Of a stretch of DNA of 46,319 nucleotides, positions 25,153 to 38,963 are shown in pieces. Below the pieces are notes generated by a model. It had not been told where the DNA came from and searched no databases. It saw only the letters and a list, made by a program, of their open reading frames with translations. The position numbers were made by a program, and so were the translations under genes. The stretch spans positions 35,912,429 to 35,958,747 of the forward strand of contig NC_068986.1 in the NCBI RefSeq assembly GCF_001194135.2, written 5' to 3'. How positions within the stretch are numbered: the stretch's first letter is position 1; every line of letters begins with the position of its first letter. The stretch comes from Octopus bimaculoides. Taxonomy: Eukaryota.

Positions 25153-27549
25153 TCTGCCAGTAGCAACTTGTTTTACCGTTCAAGTGGTATTTCCTTAACA
25201 TTTCCAGCCTGCGCATGAATGCTTAGAGCCATTCTAATAGAAGAAGCGCAGAGACGTTTATGAAATCCCATTCACAATGCATTAGTCAATCTCAGACTCA
25301 GGCAAAAAACATGCTTAAAGTGCCACCTAACAGGATCAAAATCAATATGTATTGTGATTGTGAAGAAAAAATATTAACTACATAGTAACGTCTGCTCTGT
25401 CTGATAGCAATGAAAGACTTGCAAAATAATAAAAAACCCGCTACATATGTGATTTGAATGAAATGTATTGATTTCCTTTAAATAATAATTTCCATGATAT
25501 TGTTATGTCTTAACGATTCTGAATAATATAATTTCATCCTGAGAGAAACATGGATATAGATCCCTGATTAGCATATCTTAGCAAAAGTTATTTCTCGACA
25601 ACTACATCAAATTGTTTCCATTTTAAGCATTTCATGTAAAAACTTTCCACTTCAGCATAAAAAGATGCGACTTATTGTTCGATCGAAGAGCAAATATATA
25701 TATTTATAGATTTTAACCTGAAACTTTCCACTATATATGTTCATCTTTCGCTATAAGTGCATTTACTATCTGACAACGTGGACATATCAACCATATTCTC
25801 AATTGTACGAAGATATTTAAATGTGTATTTCACAGCAAAAGGAGAAAACGTAATAAATGTTTTATTTGGATGAGTGTTCTTTACTAAAAAAATAATAATA
25901 AATAAATAAATAAAAATAAAAATAATCTGGCAGAAGGTGATTTCAAACCAACTCACTAGCATACAATCCTAATCGAACAGATATTGATTTCGTTTCTAAC
26001 CTTTTTATTCATTTCACAAACAATAGCGATGTGATGCCTGAATCAATGGAGGAAATAGCATGTTCAAAGCAAGAACACGTTACTTCTCAGGTTTAAATGT
26101 AAATTTTATGTACTCTGAAGAAATAAGTATTGCAGATGATGCTGACAATAATGACGAATATATATGAAATGCTTGGAAAATCGGAAAGAAAGACTTACAT
26201 AATTCTTTAGACTAATTTGTGATCGCTGTCATTTGACCTTTCATTCGTTGTCATTTGTTAAATACACAAAAATCTCCAAACACTGAACATTTCATGAAAG
26301 GAAATACATTTAATATGTATTGGCTGGTATTGTACAATTCTTAAACACACATCCAGCGACGCAGTTCCTGTCCAAAGATATAGTTTATTTGACGTTGCAT
26401 AATTTTTTGATGAGGGTAAATGAAAGGCACTATTGTGAAATATATACCTTAATTTTTAAATCAGTTTGAAACAACGGTAGCCTAGAAAACCAATCATGGT
26501 CTGAGTCAGCAAACAAAAACTACTAACAGTATACAAAATGTAATAAATTTTGTAGTGGCGAGGAAATGAATAGCATTTCAGGCATGATAATCCGTCAAAG
26601 ACAAGTAACTTGTGTATGAGGTGGTGGCCTCTCATCATCCATCGTGAAGGCTACCATTCCTCTTTAATTCACTCCAACGACTGACCAATAAACCCCTATA
26701 CCCAAACCATACTATCAAATATTAATTGTAAACTCTACTTGATATTGGTATCCTTCAAAGATTCATTAGAAAATGAAACTACTCATGATGAAGAAATTAG
26801 TAATTTTTTTAAATACCTACCTCTACTTTTCTATGCAGTGGTTATTTTGCTTAAAATTGATGTTTTAGTGCAATGAACCCTAGTTTTCACGTCTTTCTCA
26901 CAGAAAAATAATTGTCTGTAATTTGCAGACTTTTGGAAAACATCAGTACGTTTATATCCAAGTAAGATACAGACATGTTCGTAAGATAAGTGCTATAACA
27001 TAGAAATTAACATAATATAGTATTCTAAAATAGAAGAATCTAAAAGTGAATAGATCATATGTAGGAGCTTATAGATTTGCCAAAGATAACACCTTATGTT
27101 TTCGGTTATCTTGTTTTAAAATTACAAGTGATGCCAAAGACCTACAGAAGATTTTCAGTGCTAACAGAATCAAATTCAAAGAGTAAACAATTAAATATAG
27201 TGGAAAGAATCAACCTAGACTCGCAATGCTTGGAGAAATTGAAATCTCAGAGTCTGATGTGCACAAGGTCTAGAATTTTAGTTGGGTAGTAAAACATAAT
27301 TTTATGTGCATATTATTTAGTGGGCACTTTAGACAACTGAGGTTACGGATTATGAGAAAAGTTCGATAAAAAATTCTTGTTGGTCATTTTTTCATAATCA
27401 TATTGGTTATTGCTATTCTCAATGTCGAGATCCCGTCAAAAGCTACCATTTAACGATCCCATCTGTTGTAAATGCTGCTATTAAACGATCCCATCTGATG
27501 TAAATGTTTCTCCAGCACTGTAATGTGTTTATATTAAATCTCTTAAAGA

Positions 27550-27752
27550 GGTCGGTGAGCTTGCAAAGTCGGTAGAATGCCTGGTAAAGTGTTTAGTAGC
27601 GTTTTGTCCGTTTTTACGTACTTCCACCGAGCTTGATTTTGCCTTTCAACCTTTAGATTACGATAAACTAAGTACTAATGGAACTCCGAGATCGATGTAA
27701 TTGATTTATCCCCTGCCCCGAACTTGCTGGCCTTGTGCCAAAATTTGAAACC
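27550..27752 (+). mobile_element. Second tRNA-like SINE (family B)
   Basis: ggtcggtgagcttgcaaagtcggtagaatgcc...ttttgcctttcaaccttt...gatcgatgtaattgatttatcccc...gctggccttgtgccaaaatttgaaa is similar to 12025-12152 and, inverted, to 42680-43272. Confidence 0.7.
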
Positions 27753-28897
27753 GATATCAAATACCTTGGAAACGATATAAAACTAATTATTGTCAAAATC
27801 ACAAGAGCATCGGATCGAATAGCCTGCCATACATGATCCAACTTTCTAAGCCCTGTGTTCAAATTTCACGAAATCGACTTCGCCTTACATTCTTTCGCTG
27901 TCGTCGTTATAAAAGTACGAATCTAAGTGGGCGGGTTAGAAAAGGTGTAAGAACGTTAGCACCAACGTCTTGTAGTGTTTGTTCCTTATTTTTGCGTCTT
28001 GAAATCAAATCTCACCAGGTTTAAAATATTTAAACGATCAACCGATTTAAAATTGCTGCCTGGAAACTTTTGGCGGGATTAATTCTGTTGCAAGCAATCG
28101 CAGTAGGTTCCACTTTAAATAATACCTTCCTCACGACCGACCGCTCTCACTCTCTCTCTCCCACATACACACCCTCCCCCCCGTCTCTCTCTCTCCGAAC
28201 AATCTCAGCGGTCCTGTAAAAGAGCAATGGACAATGCCTTCCCTCCTTATGAAACGTCAAAAACAAACATTATGAAGAAACCTCAATTTGTACATCTTCA
28301 TCAGAGTTAAATGTTTAAATCTTAAAAATTTATTTCTCTGTCTTGCTTTTCATCTGGTAGAGAAAAATCTTATCAATGAAACTATTTTTAATCATTAGCA
28401 TATTCAAATAAAACAATAAAAGAATAAAAACCTATGATGATATATCAAAAATATTGCATTCATTGAATGGTCTAGACATATACTCTATGTAACATAAGTA
28501 TCACTTTATGAGCTTGAAATATATAATTGAACATTTACGGCTAAAATCCAAGTAGATATATAGTTTTGTTTCTATGATGATATTAAATAAATCAAATTAA
28601 CAATTTGATTGGTGATGACATTAAGTGAAACCGTAACAAATGATTGTTGAAGTGAAAGTTGCAAAACATATTTAAAAATAAAGTAGGTGGCAAAATGTTT
28701 TATGAGGAATATCAATGAATATATACATCAATGAATATATATAAACATATATATATTTGAACATTTATATGTGTGTATAAGAAACCTAACAAATTCATAG
28801 TAATCTTTGACATGTTTAGTTCCTTCGTAATGAAACGTAAAACATGAAAAATCACATTGTATTCTCTTTTCATGAAGAAAGATTCTCCATATGTGTG

Positions 28898-28898
<1 letters not shown>

Positions 28899-28950
<52 letters not shown>

Positions 28951-28951
28951 A

Positions 28952-28988
<37 letters not shown>

Positions 28989-29082
28989 NNNNNNNNNNNN
29001 NNNNNNNNNNNNNNNNNNNNNNNNNNNNNNNNNNNNNNNNNNNNNNNNNNNNNNNNNNNNGATAGATAGATAAATAGATAGA
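28899..29082. repeat. (TCTA)n and (GATA)n either side of a 72-N gap
   Basis: Seen directly. Confidence 0.95.
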
Positions 29083-29249
29083 TATATGACATTTAAAAAA
29101 ATATAATTCTTACAAGACAAATGTTTACGTTCATTCCTAAATGAACTTTTGAAAGTGTCTCAGAATTAAGTAAAATATCGGCTTTACATATACATGAATA
29201 CATATTTATATATACACCTGTTTACACAAACACACACCAAACACATATA

Positions 29250-29610
29250 CAGGGAGGTTAAAGTACGTTAGCAGTTACTTCTTCCCTTTTTCGTGGTTTC
29301 GTGAAGATAAAGAGAGAATGTGGGTCTTACAAACTACTAGACGTTTGAAAAAGCAGAAATCATAAGCGAAAAATAGGAAGAAACTTTCCAGAATTTTACG
29401 CCTTCACGAAGATCACTATACAGAATAACAGACAAATTCGCGGAGACAAATCTAGTGAAGAACGCTCTGAAATCCGGACGTCCATAAACTGTTACAACTG
29501 AAGAAAAAAAGTTGCATCTAGCATTGATGTTGTTGAATAGCCCTGCACTACCTACCAGATGATCTTCAGCTATGTTGAGTGTTGCAGCGAAAATGGTCCT
29601 CCCCTTCCCA
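29250..29610 (+). mobile_element. Tc1/mariner-superfamily remnant (left end plus HTH-coding fragment)
   Basis: TA|CAGGGAGG end at 29248-29257. From 29401: PSRRSLYRITDKFAETNLVKNALKSGRP*TVTTEEKKLHLALMLLNSP, matching the KF.ETGSV...RSGRP.T.TTEE pattern of Tc1-like N-termini. No right TIR found. Confidence 0.65.
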
Positions 29611-29967
29611 CGTGAGAAGGTCGTATGAGTCAGCCATTATAAAGTCAGAAAGTCAGTCGTTGTAGGAGGTCAGTAGCAGTAGAGTCGTTGTACGAGTCTT
29701 CAGCTGGAGTCAGTGTCAGTTACGAGATATATACGAGTTCGAGATACCGTCAAGGTAGATGCTTCAAAGTCATTATCTTGCGGAGCTATCACCGATAGCA
29801 CTATAGGCGAGTCAAAGATAATAAAAGGCGGAATACCACCACAACGTAATAGTGGTGACAAGAATATTACAACGCCGATAATAACATACAAGTGGACGAG
29901 AATCCACATTTTAACATTGAGTATTTGTATTGGAAATGCAGAGTCATATAAGTAAAACCTATGCGTC

Positions 29968-30001
<34 letters not shown>

Positions 30002-31050
30002 TTTGTGTAGTTCGTTTGAATGTGTATCCCAGTACCAGTTGAATTTGTTATTTGAATGCGAAAGTTTGATTCTCATTTGTTAAATTTGTTTTTGAATCCG
30101 TTCTTTTATATCATAGAAATTCTTGTTCATTTAATTGTGTGCTATTACTTGTATCAGACGCTCAATAAAATATTCAAAAAATTTACTACTTCTGGTGAAA
30201 ATGAAAACAGAATTCACTGAAATCTGATATACAAGTTTAATGGAAAATAAGAAACATGCTTAATTTGTATTTTTTTTATTGCGTTTTTGTTTCTTGTTTT
30301 AATTACATTTTTTGCTCGTATATTCATCTATAAAATACTGCACGGCAACACACAATCTTTGCCTATTCAGTCTCCATCACCTATAGAAAATAATCAAGGA
30401 CTTGTTAGTATTCCGTTGAATATAGAAAATTGATTCCCATATAACAAAATGGAATGTTCACAGCTGCTCAAATCTTCAGTTCATTTAGCTGCCTTATAGC
30501 GGAAAGCTGGATAATTTGAAAAAACTCGCTGCTAATGGCATAATTACTTCAATCTATTTAGTATACGCAATAAGGTTTCCAACAACTTGAATGTTTTCCG
30601 AATTCAGTTTTATAAATATTTCTGAATTATTCCAAATTGTGAAGAAATCGGGATATTTGCTCTCTAAATAGCGTATTAATATTATTGTTGTTGTTGCTGA
30701 TGTTGTTCTTCTTCTTTTCCTCCCTCTTTCTCTTCTTCTTATTGTTCGCATATATTATCTCCATATTTTGAATAGTTTTCCATGTTCAGGAGTTACCACT
30801 GTACGTTAATTCAGTAACAGTTTCATACGCGAATCAAATATGTGGGTCACAGCATCACAACTCTACATGACAAAAGTCTGCAATCCACAGATCCGATGTT
30901 CAAATTGTGTGCTCGTGTGTGTCGTGGTTTGTTGGCATGTATTTGGACCTGTGTTAGTGTCTCTTTGTGTGTTGGTATGTGTTTCTGTGCAAGTGTTCGA
31001 TCTAAACATTGTGCATGTAATGGTCACATATATACATTGTGTTTTTTGTC

Positions 31051-31412
31051 TTTTATTCTTTTACTTGTTTCAGTTATGTAACTGAGGCCATACTGAAGCA
31101 CCACCTTCAGGAGTATATAGTCGAACAGATCGAATCCAGGAGAATTTTTTTAAGCGTACGGCCCAGTTATGGGGACTTAAAAACACCAACACCGGTTGTC
31201 AGGCGGCGATGGGGTGGGACAAACATAGAGAGAAAGACAAACACACACACTCACATATATACAACAGGTTTCTTTCAGCTTCCGTCTACCAAATCCACTC
31301 TCAAGGCTTTGGTCGGGCCAAGGCCATACTAGGAGACACTTGCCCAAGGTGCCATGTAGTGGGACTGAACCCAGAACCATGAGGTTGGAAAGCAAACTTC
31401 TTACCACACAGC

Positions 31413-31413
<1 letters not shown>
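31051..31413 (-). mobile_element. Family A SINE, moderately diverged, near full length
   Basis: Reverse complement of head (gggactgaaccc...ttaccacacagcc), core (acttgcccaagg) and tail (ttttacttgtttcag...gccatactgaagcaccacc). Confidence 0.85.
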
Positions 31414-31506
<93 letters not shown>

Positions 31507-31549
31507 TTGATTATGTAGAATAAGGAATGGTCTGTGAGTATAACATCCC

Positions 31550-32780
31550 TAAAACGTCAACAACAATGTTCCTGAACAGCTATAAGTGGAAAAAATAACA
31601 TCCACAGAGGAAAATCGTCATCGGACGGAACAAGTGAAGAATCGGTTAGTGTAGGACCTGAATGATAAGTAGTGTTGTGCTAGATACACCATTGTTGAGG
31701 AAGAGAGGAAACTAAATGATTGAAGCAAGATATTTCATTGGGAGTGTCACAACTGTAACCATCTCCAAGGAGTTGATGCCAATGTAGTTGTAGCAGAAAA
31801 AGAAAACGAGTGAAAAGACAGCTGTGTGGCCTTATCTTGATGCAGTCGTGGATGCTTTTATGTTTTATAACACCACTGTCTCAGACGTAGAAAAAGTGTA
31901 AGGGCAGTAATCCATTACGGTTGTACAAAGTTAAGAATTTGGGGCCCAAGACGTATTTTATGGTTTTAAAGGAAGAAAAAACAATTTTAGTGAGGCAGGT
32001 TTTTTGTTGAATGTTATACTATTCAAATTGCTCTAGGATGACTACACAGTGGTTAGGAACATAGAAAAGTAATTGTCTAATACACCTATCTTTATTAAAG
32101 CCACAGCTGTTGTCATGAAGCAGAAAAGCAAATTCACTATATTGAAGAAGATGGTTATTAATGATTTTGAGATGATAGAAGGAAGACCGACCTATCAATA
32201 TTGGGCTGAGTCAGAGGGCGTACCCCCAGGGCTATTGTGACATACTAAACACCTTTCCAAATATCGAATGATATTCCAGAAAACACAGACAGGTTGAGAG
32301 AGGTAGAGAGGGGAAGGAAGATTGAGAAGTTTGTTGAATGCAGGAGCTAACTCTGAGGATAAATTGTTTGGGAATAATTGAAGTTGATTTGGTTGAATAG
32401 AAGTTTCTTTCATGCAAGGCCTTTATGTCAATGTGGCGATGAGATCACGTAGTTTGAAGAGGGTTTCTGCGTTGTCTCTCGTCGCCATTGACAACGTAAG
32501 AGTGTTACAGTGATAAACGCAGCATTATGCAATTCACGACATAACAATTGGGAGCAAATGTGTTCAGAGACAAGCAGCGGAAGGGTAAAGAGAAAGGGGT
32601 AGAAGTGAGGAGATGGGGGAAGAGATGAGGAAGTAGAGAGCGAATGAAAGAGAGAAGATTGGGAGGAACGGAGGCGCGGGACAGGGAGGAAGGTGAAACA
32701 GAAGGACAATGATAGAGTGAGACCTTTCGCCACCAGCATTACAAAATAGCTTGAATGAGAAAGAACAGGAAATGGCCTGA
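31550..32780 (-). mobile_element. Degenerate, internally deleted CR1/Jockey-group LINE ORF2 fragment
   Basis: Minus-strand translations include NNLSSELAPAFNKL (cf. KNCSPELAPALNKLF just before the RT domain) and a C-terminal AVFSLVFFFCYNYIGINSLEMVTVVTLPMKYLAS-like segment. Many stops and indels; bounds are approximate. Confidence 0.65.
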
Positions 32781-32811
32781 GAGAGTTGTGTGTCAAAAAT
32801 GGAGTAAGAGG

Positions 32812-32859
<48 letters not shown>

Positions 32860-33828
32860 CAGAGAGGGGGGCAGAGAGAGAGGGGGGGAATTTCTTCACT
32901 TACAGATAATTAACCTCCAGCTCATATTAAGAGTCAATAAGTGTGAAATCAATTTAAACAATCTATGAGTACATTCAATAGCTACAACGTGATAGAATTT
33001 TAAATCAGTTTTTTTTTTAAATTAGAAGCACGTGTCTTTCTGAACATTAACAGTAGAAAGCTTATGTGTTTTAATTATGCTGTATTTTTAAACGACGTGT
33101 GTCTGACGCATTACTCTCTTACAAAATGTTGCTTCCAGACATATCACAGGTGTTTAGCGATATTTTCTGCCTGCCTGTGTAAGCAACAAAGATCTGGTGT
33201 CGGATCAAATGAAATGACAGATAATATTCTAATGCATTTACTTCACGATATTGTATCACAACACTGTATATCCAGCAGATAAAACACCCACACCTGTAAA
33301 AACAACTTCCACTCTGAAGCTCTGTCGCGAGATTATTTATTTTTATTCTAGAATAAAAAACAAAAAACATTGTTTTACTGTCTGTGTTTTTTTTCCTCCA
33401 AAATCTACACAGTACATATGAAGAAATCTCACCATCACGAATTCTTTCATTTCATTATCTCTGCATGTCTATCCCTTACACAAATATACTACATGCAAAA
33501 AAGTTCCACAAACGTCACAAAACAACACAGCCAGTTATAACAATGTGCTATTCGTTACACTAAAGTATTACGTTCGACTACCTTAAGTAAACTCGTCACT
33601 TGTGTCAGTGCACATAGCTTAAATCTCTAAACAGAGGTGCTGAGCATACAAAAGTCTGAAGCTTTACGACGCTCTAATACAGAGCCCCAAAACCTAGAAC
33701 TGTAACAAGAACGCTGTTACAATTTATAGCATGAACGAATTTTGCAAAACTATGCCTGATTCAGTATGAAAAATATACAGGCAAAACCGAAGATGAGTAA
33801 TCACTTTATGCTAGAGGTGTGTGTGTGA

Positions 33829-33874
<46 letters not shown>

Positions 33875-34309
33875 NNNNNNNNNNAAATTAATGTGGAAAA
33901 TAGAATATATGGAATATATAATATATATAGTGAAATGAAATGAAGTATTGAATGTCTTATTGAATATATGAAATATTGAATATTAAATATATTAGGACTA
34001 GTATACTTTCCTGCTTTCTAGCAGTCTTCAAGGTCCCATGTTGTGACAGAAGCGTTTCAACTGTAGCTGACTGGCTGTCTTTTTGTCCTTTATATACATT
34101 CCTTTGGACAGCAGCAGTAGTTGCTTGGCTATTTCTAGAGATGATGCCAAACCATTTTTCAATGTTTATTTTTAGAAACGATGACATTTGAGAGATATTT
34201 TGTGTTATGGTTATAGGGATAAGATTTTAAAACCCCAAATAAGATTAATTTAATCATTGTTTATTAAGGTTGGGTTTCAATTTCTTAATAAAGTCCTTTT
34301 CTCTCCGTT

Positions 34310-34452
34310 TTCGCCATGTCGCTCACATATGCTTGAGTTGCATGTATCTGTTGTACCCTTATCAGATGGGTAGTCATGATGCGCTTAATGGGCTTCGTAT
34401 ATTTGTACCCTAGTGTCACTTAGGTGGCATGCGTTGCTCTCTTACTCAATTC

Positions 34453-34502
<50 letters not shown>
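34310..34502 (+). mobile_element. Truncated copy of the same repeat ending in (AAT)n
   Basis: gtacccttatcagatgggtagtcatga...ggcatgcgttgctctcttactcaat followed by about 16 AAT units. Confidence 0.6.
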
Positions 34503-34504
<2 letters not shown>

Positions 34505-34602
34505 GATGGCTTTTGGCATCTAAGGCAACTTGTTGGAGGCCGATGTTAGGATTCTTTTCACTTTTAATCTGTCTTCTAATCGTCTAATCTGTTGAGTGTG
34601 CA

Positions 34603-34755
<153 letters not shown>

Positions 34756-35927
34756 TCAACAGATCACAAACTGCCGAGAGAAGTACCGAAGAATGGGAGT
34801 GAATTAAACGGGGAATAGATTTAACAGTTTAAAGGTTAGAGTAACAGTCTTGAAGCATGCATATTTAAAAGCTGAAATGAATAGAGTGGCATTCGTAATC
34901 TTGCTTACAACTCAACTCAGACATTTAGGCATTTGCACATGCATAGAATTATTAAACATTACGAGTGGAACGAATCAATACGATATAATTCGTGTTAGAA
35001 TAAATCTACTTTAGTGTCCCCTTTGTCCATAGAAATGGTTATTCTAATATGAATATATATATATATATATATATANNNNNNNNNNNNNNNNNNNNNNNNN
35101 NNNNNNNNNNNNNNNNNNNNNNNNNNNNNNNNNNNNNNNNNNNNNNNNNNNNNNNNNNNNNNNNNNNNNNNNNNNNNNNNNNNNNNNNNNNNNNNNNNNN
35201 NNNNNNNNNNNNNNNNNNNNNNNNNNNNNNNNNNNNNNNNNNNNNNNNNNNNNNNNNNNNNNNNNNNNNNNNNNNNNNNNNNNNNNNNNNNNNNNNNNNN
35301 NNNNNNNNNNNNNNNNNNNNNNNNNNNNNNNNNNNNNNNNNNNNNNNNNNNNNNNNNNNNNNNNNNNNNNNNNNNNNNNNNNNNNNNNNNNNNNNNNNNN
35401 NNNNNNNNNNNNNNNNNNNNNNNNNNNNNNNNNNNNNNNNNNNNNNNNNNNNNNNNNNNNNNNNNNNNNNNNNNNNNNNNNNNNNNNNNNNNNNNNNNNN
35501 NNNNNNNNNNNNNNNNNNNNNNNNNNNNNNNNNNNNNNNNNNNNNNNNNNNNNNNNNNNNNNNNNNNNNNNNNNNNNNNNNNNNNNNNNNNNNNNNNNNN
35601 NNNNNNNNNNNNNNNNNNNNNNNNNNNNNNNNNNNNNNNNNNNNNNNNNNNNNNNNNNNNNNNNNNNNNNNNNNNNNNNNNNNNNNNNNNNNNNNNNNNN
35701 NNNNNNNNNNNNNNNNNNNNNNNNNNNNNNNNNNNNNNNNNNNNNNNNNNNNNNNNNNNNNNNTATACACAGAAGACTCAAATTCCAAACGCAATAAAAC
35801 ATTTCAGAATCCTGACAACCTCACGTATACATGAGACAACACAGGACTCACAAACACAATTCATTTATGTTTTGTGATCTCTGAAACTTACTGATTATAA
35901 CTTTATTTTTCCCCATCCACATTTTAC

Positions 35928-35928
<1 letters not shown>

Positions 35929-35998
<70 letters not shown>

Positions 35999-36020
35999 TA
36001 ATATTATTATCATTATTAAT
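35929..36020. repeat. (ATT)n microsatellite
   Basis: Seen directly. Confidence 0.97.
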
Positions 36021-36454
36021 TTTTTTACAACAATATAACTCTGCATAGAACTCATCTTGTAAGCTAACAGATTAATTTCAGTTCAACTCTACTATTTATA
36101 GCTGATCCAAATAATTCTACAAGCATTGTCAACCGAAGCAAAATATTCAGGACATGAATATATCGATTTTTAGTGAGCAATAATAGTTACATAAAAAAAG
36201 AAAAAAGAAAAGGAAAAAATCTTAAACAAAAACAGTTTTTGTATATTTCTGTTTGGACGTTAGCAGAACCTGATAAAAATATGACAAAATCGCTCCTAAT
36301 GAACATATCCATGTACTTATGAATCCTATATATTAATGTAAGTCAATAGACACAGATGCACCCTGTCAGCATATTTACATCAGTAGAAAATAGAAAGCAT
36401 TATTTGCATCTGTATTTAGCCCAACGTAATATAAAGCATCAGAAATATAACATT

Positions 36455-37035
36455 ATTGTTATCATTGAATGAGAGAGCATTGCATGCCATCAGAGTGACA
36501 ATGGGGTGAAATATACGAAGGCCATTATACCCCTCATGTCTACCCGCCTGATAAGGGTACATCAGGCACATGAATCACAACCATATGTGTACGACATAGT
36601 GGTCTTATATCAAGATAAACAGCGCATGAACTTTCATTTGGGACCCAGTTGGAATTTTCGTCAGGTCGAGTAGCCCATCCTGCTCCAATGGTCCCTGAAT
36701 AAGGTTTGTTTAAGGATGATGAACAAAACACCCATGTTTCCAAAGGTGAATTATTCAAACTCCAAAGAATTCCTTTCTAGATATGGCTATGAGGATCCCC
36801 CACTACTTCTGCTCATGATCAGAGATGCACTTATCGTCAGCTACTAAGAGACATGTTCAACTGGTTTAGTTCAATGAACTGACAAGCAAATCTGCAGTAT
36901 GGAGCTGAATATTTGCCTTATCTCATCTTTTATATCTAGACAAAATAATGTAGATGATAACACTTCCAATCAGTTAACATCGGAACCCATGAGAGCCACT
37001 GCCTGGTACTGCATCAGGATATCTTATTATTATTT
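36455..37035 (-). mobile_element. About 580-bp interspersed repeat bounded by ATT-like repeats (possible Dong/R4-related non-LTR sequence)
   Basis: 36467-36600 is the reverse complement of 34313-34447 (roughly three quarters identical by eye). Both ends abut degenerate (ATT)n. Confidence 0.55.
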
Positions 37036-37080
37036 TATGTTTGACTTTTGCCTTGCATTTGTACAAGTTGGTTCCATGTC

Positions 37081-37447
37081 TCACCCAGAGACCTTAGCAA
37101 AGGCGGAGGTATTGTTTCCAGTCATATTTGTTTGTCCGTGGACAAATCATCTCAAGAACCGCTGGATGGATTCCGATGAAACTTTCAGGGAAGTTTGGTC
37201 TAGTGAGTGGCACGAACTGATTAGATTTGGGGATCGATCCCGTACCGGACAAGGGTTTTGGATTATCTTCATGTTTTTTCTTTTACTTAATTTTTGTGAG
37301 CGGTAGGGTTCATTTTTGTACCCTCGTTGGTGAGAGCATTCGAGTGTATTTCAGATATTCACATTTTAAAAATCAACTCTGGTTAATCGTTGACAGGACG
37401 TTGGTGTTGCCTTGACGGAGGTTTGCGCTCTCTGAGTGCTCTTGTTG
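37081..37447 (+). mobile_element. Non-autonomous Helentron/HINE-like element
   Basis: 5' ccttagcaaaggcggaggtattgtt...gtttgtccgt, 3' gccttgacggagg sub-terminal motif, then hairpin GCGCTC-TCT-GAGTGC (37425-37439) and ctcttgtt. The internal ggatggattccgatgaaactttcagg is typical of this class. Classification is by structure and recall. Confidence 0.55.
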
Positions 37448-37692
37448 GGGTTATTATTGTTTTTCCTATATTCAAAAGGGGAGGAGAAATATCCATGGCC
37501 TCCGCGGCTAGTGATCGGTCCTGAATAGCGTGAACTCTAGTGACGTCAACCATGCATCAGGTGATCGTTTCAAACATAGTGATGGGTTCTGTCTACCCTT
37601 CCAAAAACGGGATTGGTACGTGAGACAAGTTTTCAGTTAAAGTAATTTCATTCACCATCTTTTGTAGACCTAGTGTAATGGCAGAATATATA

Positions 37693-38963
37693 TTGGGTCA
37701 TCCCATAAATAATGCGATTTTTAAATACTTCTTATATTTTTCAAAATTTAGATAAACAAAGTTCTTTTTCATCTAAAATATACTCCCCTTCGGTTCCTTC
37801 AGATGCTTTTCCATCTATCTGATAGATTTGTAAGGCCTCTTCCAAAGTTCACTTGTTCGCAACGAAACATACCTCCTCCAGTACTGTTTTGACCTCGTCT
37901 ACAGAATTCATATTTTTCTGTCCAAATGATTTTGAAGATTGCGGAATAAATGATAATCGGATGGGGGTGGGTGCAATGTCAGGCGAATATGGTGGGTGGG
38001 GCATCGTTTCCAATTCAAACTGCTTTCGAATGTCAACCTTACTGTATGTGGCCGAATATTATCCGGATGGAAGAATACTTTTCGTTTTGAAACCAAAGAT
38101 GGTCGGTTTTCTTCTAGCGCTGACTTAAGCTGCTCGCAGTAGATCTCCTTTGTTATCATTTGGTTTGGGTTTAAGAGTTCAAAGTGGACTAAACCTTCAT
38201 ATCCCACCAAACAGATAAAAACACCTTACATTGGTGAAGACCTTCTTTAGCCTGGGGTGCCGGTGTTTCTCTTTCCTCTACCCACTGTCTTCGGCGCTTG
38301 ACCTTTTTATAGAGAACCCATTTCTCTCCACCAGTCATTATTCGATCCGAAAAACGCTCGTTCTTGAGATGCGACAGCAAAGAAGAGCACACCTCCACTC
38401 TATGCACTCGATTAGACTCGGAGAGCTTGAGAGGAACCCATTGACCCAATTTGCTGACTTTTCCGATGGTACGTAGGTGTTGATGAATGGTTGAATTACC
38501 AAGTTAAAATTTCTCTACTAGATCCTCAACTGTAACGATGGGATTTTGTTCCACCAAGGTTTGCAAGACGTCCTCGTCGAGCTGTACATACCCTACAAAA
38601 CGAAGCTCGTCTTCTAGGCAGTAGTTTCCGGCTCGGAACTTCTGGAATCACTGTTGACACTGTCTTACGCTTAACTGTCCTATCCCCATATACTGCATTA
38701 ATATTCCTCGCACTTTTCTTTGCGTTGTTCCCTTTTTTGAACTCATAAAGCAAAATATGCCAAATATACTGCTTTGTCACTTCCATTATAGCTTTGAAAA
38801 AATAACTGCTAAAATTGAACTGCACTCTTCATAACTTGCACTAAGAATAAAGGTAAAATTACTAACTCCTTTTATAGTAAGTTGTTGCAGGTAGTTTATC
38901 CTATTCTCCTCCGACTTTTAGTTCATGCAATTGAAAAACCTCATTATTTACGGGATGACTCAA
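37693..38963 (-). mobile_element. Full-length (1271 bp) mariner DNA transposon with TIRs and TA target duplication
   Basis: Left end TA|TTGGGTCATCCCATAAATAATGCGATTTTT. Reverse complement of the right end is TA|TTGAGTCATCCCGTAAATAATGAGGTTTTT (about 30 bp, 4 mismatches). TA at 37691-37692 and 38964-38965. A transposase remnant lies inside. Confidence 0.93.
37770..38786 (-). pseudogene. Frameshifted mariner (DD34D-type) transposase
   Basis: Three ORF pieces: MEVTKQYIWHILLYEFKKGNNAKKSARNINAVYG (HTH), GQWVPLKL...RIMTGGEKWVLY (WVPHEL and TGDEKW motifs) and HPDNIRPH...PSDYHLFRNLQNHL (HDNARPH and APSDYHLF motifs). Multiple frameshifts; 3' end is approximate. Confidence 0.9.

Noticed and set aside
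17770-27510. Short direct repeats (ttatcgaagga x2 at about 17780, aatttaaagattgtgcc x2 at about 17952, a 33-bp unit x2 at about 27450) as possible CRISPR-like arrays
   Set aside because: Only two adjacent copies each, no spacers, eukaryotic context. They are ordinary slippage duplications.
33957-34191. Overlapping ORFs on both strands with an AG acceptor (NSQATTAAVQRNVYKGQ...)
   Set aside because: The only donor is a weak gtatac in phase 1, incompatible with the phase 2/2 intron. An insert here would split a C2 strand, and I recognise no homology.
36899-37306. 135-aa ORF MELNICLISS...
   Set aside because: It runs across the junction of two different repeats; a chance open frame.
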